Positions 59,249 through 64,000 of a stretch of 64,000 bases of DNA are shown here, piece after piece. Position 1 is the stretch's first letter, and each line of letters starts with the position of its first letter. The stretch covers positions 7,943-71,942 of the forward strand of contig CAYZIS010000001.1 in NCBI GenBank assembly GCA_964478545.1, written 5' to 3'. Both the position numbers and the translations under genes were made by a program. This stretch comes from an uncultured Thermodesulfobacteriota bacterium. Its GTDB lineage: Bacteria; Desulfobacterota; Anaeroferrophillalia; Anaeroferrophillales; Anaeroferrophillaceae. A model generated the notes under the pieces. That model had not been told where the DNA came from. It searched no databases and saw nothing but the letters and a program-made list of their open reading frames with translations.

Positions 59249-61405
59249 CTATTTTTGCCCGATTGTCCCCAGACCGTTTAGGGTCACTAACATCCTGAAT
59301 TGCAGATCATAGGGCTGATGGTCTTCTTTAATGGAAAAGTCAATAGCCCAGCACTGGGCATGGTAATTAAATCCATAGATACTTTCCCACATCAGCTTTT
59401 CCAGCATGGAATAACGCACACTTCCATAAATATCAAGGGTGGTAGTCATTGGCAGATAGCCACTGACAATGTAATCCTCGAGGTTGTCACTCTCATAGCG
59501 ATATTCTAGGCTTAGTTGGTCGTAACGATTGTCTCGAAACCTGAGAAGAGTCGAAAAAGTCTTTGTCTGGTTGTCGTTGGGATCATATTCGCTTTCGAGT
59601 TTGCCATAGAAGTATTTGCGGCCCCAATATTCCAGCTGGGCCTTAATATCTGAAAAGTCATGATTATCGATAAACTGGTCTCCATTTGGTTCGTTAATCA
59701 GATTGTAAGACTGTCCCAGTTCCGCTTTAAAATATTGATGATACTCATAGCCACCATTTTGGTTAGCATAGCGGCCAATCAACCGGCTGACCAGCCCATA
59801 GGTAAGATTGTTTTCTTCATAAATATGATCAAGGTCATCAAAATGAGGCAGGTTATCCTGGTCAACATCGGGAACATAAAGATAGCTAACAGTCGGCTCC
59901 AGGGTGTGCAGAAAACGGTCAGCCGTAGTCCCCGAGCGGGAAAAAACCCGCTCCATAACAGTCTTCACTTCTATCCCGGCATCAACAAGCTCCCGGGACT
60001 CGCTGTCTGAACCTTCATCCTCCCAATCAGTCAGGTAAAAAGTCTCCCGGACGCCGGCTGATGGTGTAACTTCCAGCGACCCAAGATGAAACGGATAATT
60101 CACCCTTGGATGAAAATCAAAACGTTGTCCACGGTCACCGGTTTCCCGCCAGAAATTCGCGTAGGAGCTATCCAGATGCCAGAATAAAGACGTCTTGCCC
60201 AATGGCTGCTCCAGGGCAGTCAAAGTTATTTGGGGTAAAACTTGTAAAACCGTATCATTATGAGGCAGAATCAGAGAATCATAATAGAAACCTTCTGCCG
60301 TCAGATTTAAATTCTGCTGGGTCCAACTTTTGGAAAAGATTATATTTGACCGCAGCTCATTATCCGTTTCATAATCAACATCATCCAGTTCATTGATAAA
60401 TGTATTGCTGAAAGCATTGGGAAAATCATCCAAAAAATAATTATCACTAACGAAATTTAAATGGGCTTTAAGCTGAGAACCGTTAGCAAAATCCTGGAAA
60501 TGCTGGGCTCCCAGCGACCATCGGTCCGATTCCGTTTGGGGATACTGTTCATTATCCTTCACCAGCCTATCATGGATGTAACGTCCACTAATCTCACCCT
60601 TTGCCGTTTCATTTAAAACATAGCGATACTCGCCTCCCAGCCGGGCCCCCCGATGTCCATAAGTTTCCAGGCTGAAAGTTGCATCATGGGCCTCATCGAT
60701 GGCCCAGAAATAGGCATTTTTGGTCATTAACCCATCTTCCTGACCATAACCGATGGACGGCATTAGCAATCCGCTTTGCCGGGAGGTCTTAACCGGAAAA
60801 TATGCTTTTGGTAGATACATAACCGGAATATCTTTGATTTTAAAAACGGCGTTATCTGTCACGCCATAACCGTCTTTTGTCACATGTATAGACTTACAAC
60901 TTACCATCCAGGCGGCTTTGGCCGCATCACAAGACGTTAGAGTCGCATCCTCTGCCAGGTATTCATCCAGACCCAATTTCTCAATTTCCCTACCAGTAAT
61001 AAAGAAATGTTTATCCTTAACAAAAATTCTCCCCTGGCGAATATGCCCGGTTTTAGTGTCCAGATTAAACTTCAGATAACGGCAGGCAAGATAATCCTCA
61101 CGATCACGCAGCAAGACATTACCCCACGCTTCGAATTCACGGCTACGATTATCCAAAATTACTTTATCTGCTGACAATTCCATGCTTTCCTGACGAATAA
61201 CCACATCCCCCTGAGCGATATAGCGGCCAAGGACTTTATCATAGATCAAGTGCTTCGCCTCTATTTCCACTGCCTTGGCTGAGGTTCCAGCATCAAATGC
61301 GGCATACAGCAGGGTATTCCAACCAGATAAAAAAACGATCAGCAGAGTTACAGCCAGCAGCCACTTATATCGCCGGTAACTTTGTACTATCCATTTAGCT
61401 TGCAT
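59249..61405 (-). CDS. lptD: LPS-assembly protein LptD (OstA)
   Basis: N-terminal OstA jelly-roll plus a large C-terminal beta-barrel. 718 aa with signal peptide. Confidence 0.85.
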   Translation of the reverse strand: MQAKWIVQSYRRYKWLLAVTLLIVFLSGWNTLLYAAFDAGTSAKAVEIEAKHLIYDKVLGRYIAQGDVVIRQESMELSADKVILDNRSREFEAWGNVLLRDREDYLACRYLKFNLDTKTGHIRQGRIFVKDKHFFITGREIEKLGLDEYLAEDATLTSCDAAKAAWMVSCKSIHVTKDGYGVTDNAVFKIKDIPVMYLPKAYFPVKTSRQSGLLMPSIGYGQEDGLMTKNAYFWAIDEAHDATFSLETYGHRGARLGGEYRYVLNETAKGEISGRYIHDRLVKDNEQYPQTESDRWSLGAQHFQDFANGSQLKAHLNFVSDNYFLDDFPNAFSNTFINELDDVDYETDNELRSNIIFSKSWTQQNLNLTAEGFYYDSLILPHNDTVLQVLPQITLTALEQPLGKTSLFWHLDSSYANFWRETGDRGQRFDFHPRVNYPFHLGSLEVTPSAGVRETFYLTDWEDEGSDSESRELVDAGIEVKTVMERVFSRSGTTADRFLHTLEPTVSYLYVPDVDQDNLPHFDDLDHIYEENNLTYGLVSRLIGRYANQNGGYEYHQYFKAELGQSYNLINEPNGDQFIDNHDFSDIKAQLEYWGRKYFYGKLESEYDPNDNQTKTFSTLLRFRDNRYDQLSLEYRYESDNLEDYIVSGYLPMTTTLDIYGSVRYSMLEKLMWESIYGFNYHAQCWAIDFSIKEDHQPYDLQFRMLVTLNGLGTIGQK

Positions 61406-61416
61406 TGGATCTCCCG

Positions 61417-62022
61417 TTAACAGTTTTCGCCATCACCTGCTGCCAGGCCACGAACAAGATCTACCCCACTTTGATAGGCTTCATCGAGATATTCAGGGTG
61501 TTTAAAAACATCATCGGGGAATTCCAATCCCCGATAAAGCAGTGACCTCCATAATGTTGTATCCAGGGTATCAAAAAAATAGCGGGCTGTCAGCAATACT
61601 CCATCAAAAAGTTTTTTGCCATGAGAAGCACCGGCGGAAATAAACAGTCCTTTTTTTCGGTTTTCAGTGTGGTTAAAAGGCTTTTTATCCAACAAGTATT
61701 TTTTGACCCATTGTGATTGGAAACGGTCCATAAATATTTTTGTGTGAGCGCTAACCGTATAAAAAAATATCGGAGAACTTAAGATGAAGGCCTGACACCC
61801 ACTTAACTGCGAACATATTTGCTGAAAATCATCCTGGATAACACATTGCCCGTTTTTTTTACATCCATATATTTCCAGACAGGGGGATAGCTTTAAGTCT
61901 CGCAAGACATATTCAAGCACTTCGCCACCAGCATCAATTACCCCTTTAACTGCCTGATTGGTCAAACGAGCAGTATTCCCCTCTCGCCTTGGGCTCCCCA
62001 CAATAACGCCAATTTTCTTCAT
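61417..62022 (-). CDS. NADPH-dependent FMN reductase / iron-sulfur flavoprotein-like flavodoxin-fold protein
   Basis: 'MKKIGVIVGSPRREGNT'. A compact Cys cluster 'CLEIYGCKKNGQC'. Confidence 0.7.
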   Translation of the reverse strand: MKKIGVIVGSPRREGNTARLTNQAVKGVIDAGGEVLEYVLRDLKLSPCLEIYGCKKNGQCVIQDDFQQICSQLSGCQAFILSSPIFFYTVSAHTKIFMDRFQSQWVKKYLLDKKPFNHTENRKKGLFISAGASHGKKLFDGVLLTARYFFDTLDTTLWRSLLYRGLEFPDDVFKHPEYLDEAYQSGVDLVRGLAAGDGENC

Positions 62023-62123
62023 TTCAACCCTTTCTTCCCATTCTGTCAAGCTGGTAAAAAACCCGGGAACTACTTATATGGCAATTATTAAAACAGACAA
62101 TACTGCTGAAACCAAATAAATGA

Positions 62124-63398
62124 TCAAGCAGTATTTATCTCCTCCAACGCCTCCCCGACACAATAAAGTGAACCGGTAAAAAAGATGAGATCGTCTCTTT
62201 TAGCCCTCTTTCTGCCCAGGGAAATCGCTTCAGCAATTGTTTCGGTACGAAAGACACGCTGACAATATTTTTCAGCCTCAAGATATAACTGTTCGGTCGA
62301 ACAGGAACGGTCCAACTTAGCCCGGGTCACAATTATCTCTGCGGCCAACGGGGCAAGATAGGATACCATTACTGAAACTTGCTTGTCTTTCATCGCCCCA
62401 ATCAGCAGAATGAGTTGGCGTCCGGCGGACAGTTGACGTAACACCGGAATCAGCGCTCGCACACCATGAGGATTATGAGCCCCATCGATATAAAAATCCG
62501 GTTCACTGCTGACTTTTTCCAGCCGCCCCGGCCAAGAGCTGCCAGCTAAACCCTGACGGATTTGCTGGTCATCCAGGGTTGCAATCCTCTGTTCCGCCAG
62601 CACTTCCAAGGAACAAAGGGCCAGCGAAGCATTTTCCTGCTGATAATCACCCAGCATCTGCAACCGCAGATTTTTCACCTGTCGACCTAATCCTCTGTAA
62701 CTGAAAGTTCCGTCATTTTTCCTGCGGATACGAAAATCCCGCCCGCTGAAATAGCATTTTCCACCCAGGCTCTGATTTTTCCGTTCAAGATACTCTCTTA
62801 TCCGACGATTTCGTACCCCTGAAACCAGTGGAGTCAATGGCTTAAGAATACCGGCTTTTTCCCGCGCCACGGAAAGCAAGGTATGTCCCAAATATTCTTC
62901 ATGCTCCAAAGCGATATTAGTAATCATTGTCAGCAGCGGCTTCGAAACCACATTCGTTGCATCCAGTGTGCCACCTAGTCCGGTTTCTAAAATGACTACA
63001 TCCGGTTGCCGGCGGGAAAAATAAAGCAAGGCCATGGCGGTAGTAAAGTCAAAAAATGTGACTATACGGGGAATTTTCTCTGCCACCGGCCTCAATTCCC
63101 TGGTCAGTTCCACAATTTCTGCTTCCGTAATCGGCCTATCAGCCACCACGATCCTTTCTGAAAAATGGCACAGATGCGGGGACGTATAAACACCAACTCT
63201 CAGTCCTGTGGTGGCAAGCATATCCTTTAAAAAAGAGATGGTTGAGCCTTTACCATTAGTGCCAGCCACATGGACAATTGGTAAATGTTCCTGGGGGTCA
63301 TCAAAAGCGGCCATTAATGCATGAATATTTTCGAGCCCCAGACTGATGCCAAAATGCTCCAGGCCATATAAGTAATCCAAGGTTTCCTGATAGCTCAT
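62124..63398 (-). CDS. folC: bifunctional folylpolyglutamate synthase / dihydrofolate synthase
   Basis: 'VHVAGTNGKGST'. Mur ligase family domains. Confidence 0.9.
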   Translation of the reverse strand: MSYQETLDYLYGLEHFGISLGLENIHALMAAFDDPQEHLPIVHVAGTNGKGSTISFLKDMLATTGLRVGVYTSPHLCHFSERIVVADRPITEAEIVELTRELRPVAEKIPRIVTFFDFTTAMALLYFSRRQPDVVILETGLGGTLDATNVVSKPLLTMITNIALEHEEYLGHTLLSVAREKAGILKPLTPLVSGVRNRRIREYLERKNQSLGGKCYFSGRDFRIRRKNDGTFSYRGLGRQVKNLRLQMLGDYQQENASLALCSLEVLAEQRIATLDDQQIRQGLAGSSWPGRLEKVSSEPDFYIDGAHNPHGVRALIPVLRQLSAGRQLILLIGAMKDKQVSVMVSYLAPLAAEIIVTRAKLDRSCSTEQLYLEAEKYCQRVFRTETIAEAISLGRKRAKRDDLIFFTGSLYCVGEALEEINTA

Positions 63399-63526
63399 CG
63401 ATTTTTTTCCATCATCAGCTCATTCCCACTTTAAAACATTAATGTCCGGTTAAGTCCTTGCATTTTATTAAAAGGTGAAAAAAACCATGAAAAACGTGGT
63501 CTGACCCCGATTTTCCCGATTTTCCA

Positions 63527-64000
63527 TTAGTGGGCTTCCTGCCAATTTTTCCCTACCCCGATCTCCACCAGCAAGGGAACCTGCAATGCAATAATTTCCG
63601 TCATTTCCCGACGGACCATTTCCCGCATTGATTCCACTTCATCCGGCCAAACCTCAAATACCAGTTCATCATGTATCTGCATAATCATTTTTGACTGCCA
63701 GCTCTCAGTTTTCAACCGGTGATCAAGATTAATCATCACCAATTTAATCAAATCTGCAGCGGATCCCTGTATAGGACTGTTTACCGCCATGCGGCGGGCC
63801 ATTTCCCGGCGATTAGGATTGCGGCTGTTGAGTTCGGGAAGATAGCGTCGGCGCCCCAACATCGTTGAAACATAGCCCTGTTTCTCCCCTTCAGCAACTA
63901 ATTGCTCAAAATAGATTTTAACCTGAGCGTAGGTGGTAAAATAATTGTCTATATAAGCTTTAGCCGTCGCCCTGTCAATTTTCAACTCCCGGGCTAAACC
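63527..64000 (-). CDS. polA: DNA polymerase I, C-terminal polymerase domain (5' part off-window)
   Basis: 'MIMQIHDELVFEV', 'RRMAVNSPIQGSAADLIK', 'LVEIGVGKNWQEAH' terminus. Confidence 0.9.
   Translation of the reverse strand, partial: GLARELKIDRATAKAYIDNYFTTYAQVKIYFEQLVAEGEKQGYVSTMLGRRRYLPELNSRNPNRREMARRMAVNSPIQGSAADLIKLVMINLDHRLKTESWQSKMIMQIHDELVFEVWPDEVESMREMVRREMTEIIALQVPLLVEIGVGKNWQEAH

Overview
This 64-kb window looks like a Desulfobacterota/deltaproteobacterial chromosomal segment of about 50% GC. It is mostly core metabolism and housekeeping genes. It contains two paralogous four-subunit 2-oxoacid:ferredoxin oxidoreductase (POR/OFOR) loci, each fused or coupled to a different NAD(P)H module: a GltD-like domain fused to the delta ferredoxin in locus 1, and a NuoE/NuoF/NuoG-like trio in locus 2. 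It also carries two divergent AMP-forming acyl-CoA synthetases, a methylmalonyl-CoA pathway block (mce-meaB-mcmAB-pccB), a his operon (hisD-hisB-hisH-lipoprotein-hisA-hisF), murA-prmC-prfA, thyX-rpmE, rho, coaE-rdgB-rph, recR, lptD, folC, polA (partial), ilvD, mutS2, tRNA-Asn, a HAMP histidine kinase / sigma-54 NtrC-type regulator pair, and a GGDEF-PilZ c-di-GMP pair. The most unusual feature is that nearly every intergenic gap is occupied by copies of a modular, highly structured repeat family. Each copy has a ~55 to 145-bp hairpin-rich core ('CAGGATGTTCGGGCTTGGCTCATAGCCGTGTC...'), small CAACT-N5-AGTTG hairpins, and 7-bp tandem-repeat arms. I counted at least 8 full or partial copies, one sitting inside the porA-porB junction. 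There are at least three further small repeat families, a 3 x 84-bp palindrome-bearing tandem array between the two acs genes, and a GxxExxY gene flanked by inverted repeats with a gene-less miniature elsewhere. A decayed tRNA-Asn-adjacent islet holds a HEPN/MNT toxin-antitoxin pair whose MNT gene is split by a 125-bp MITE with 13-bp TIRs and a 5-bp TSD.
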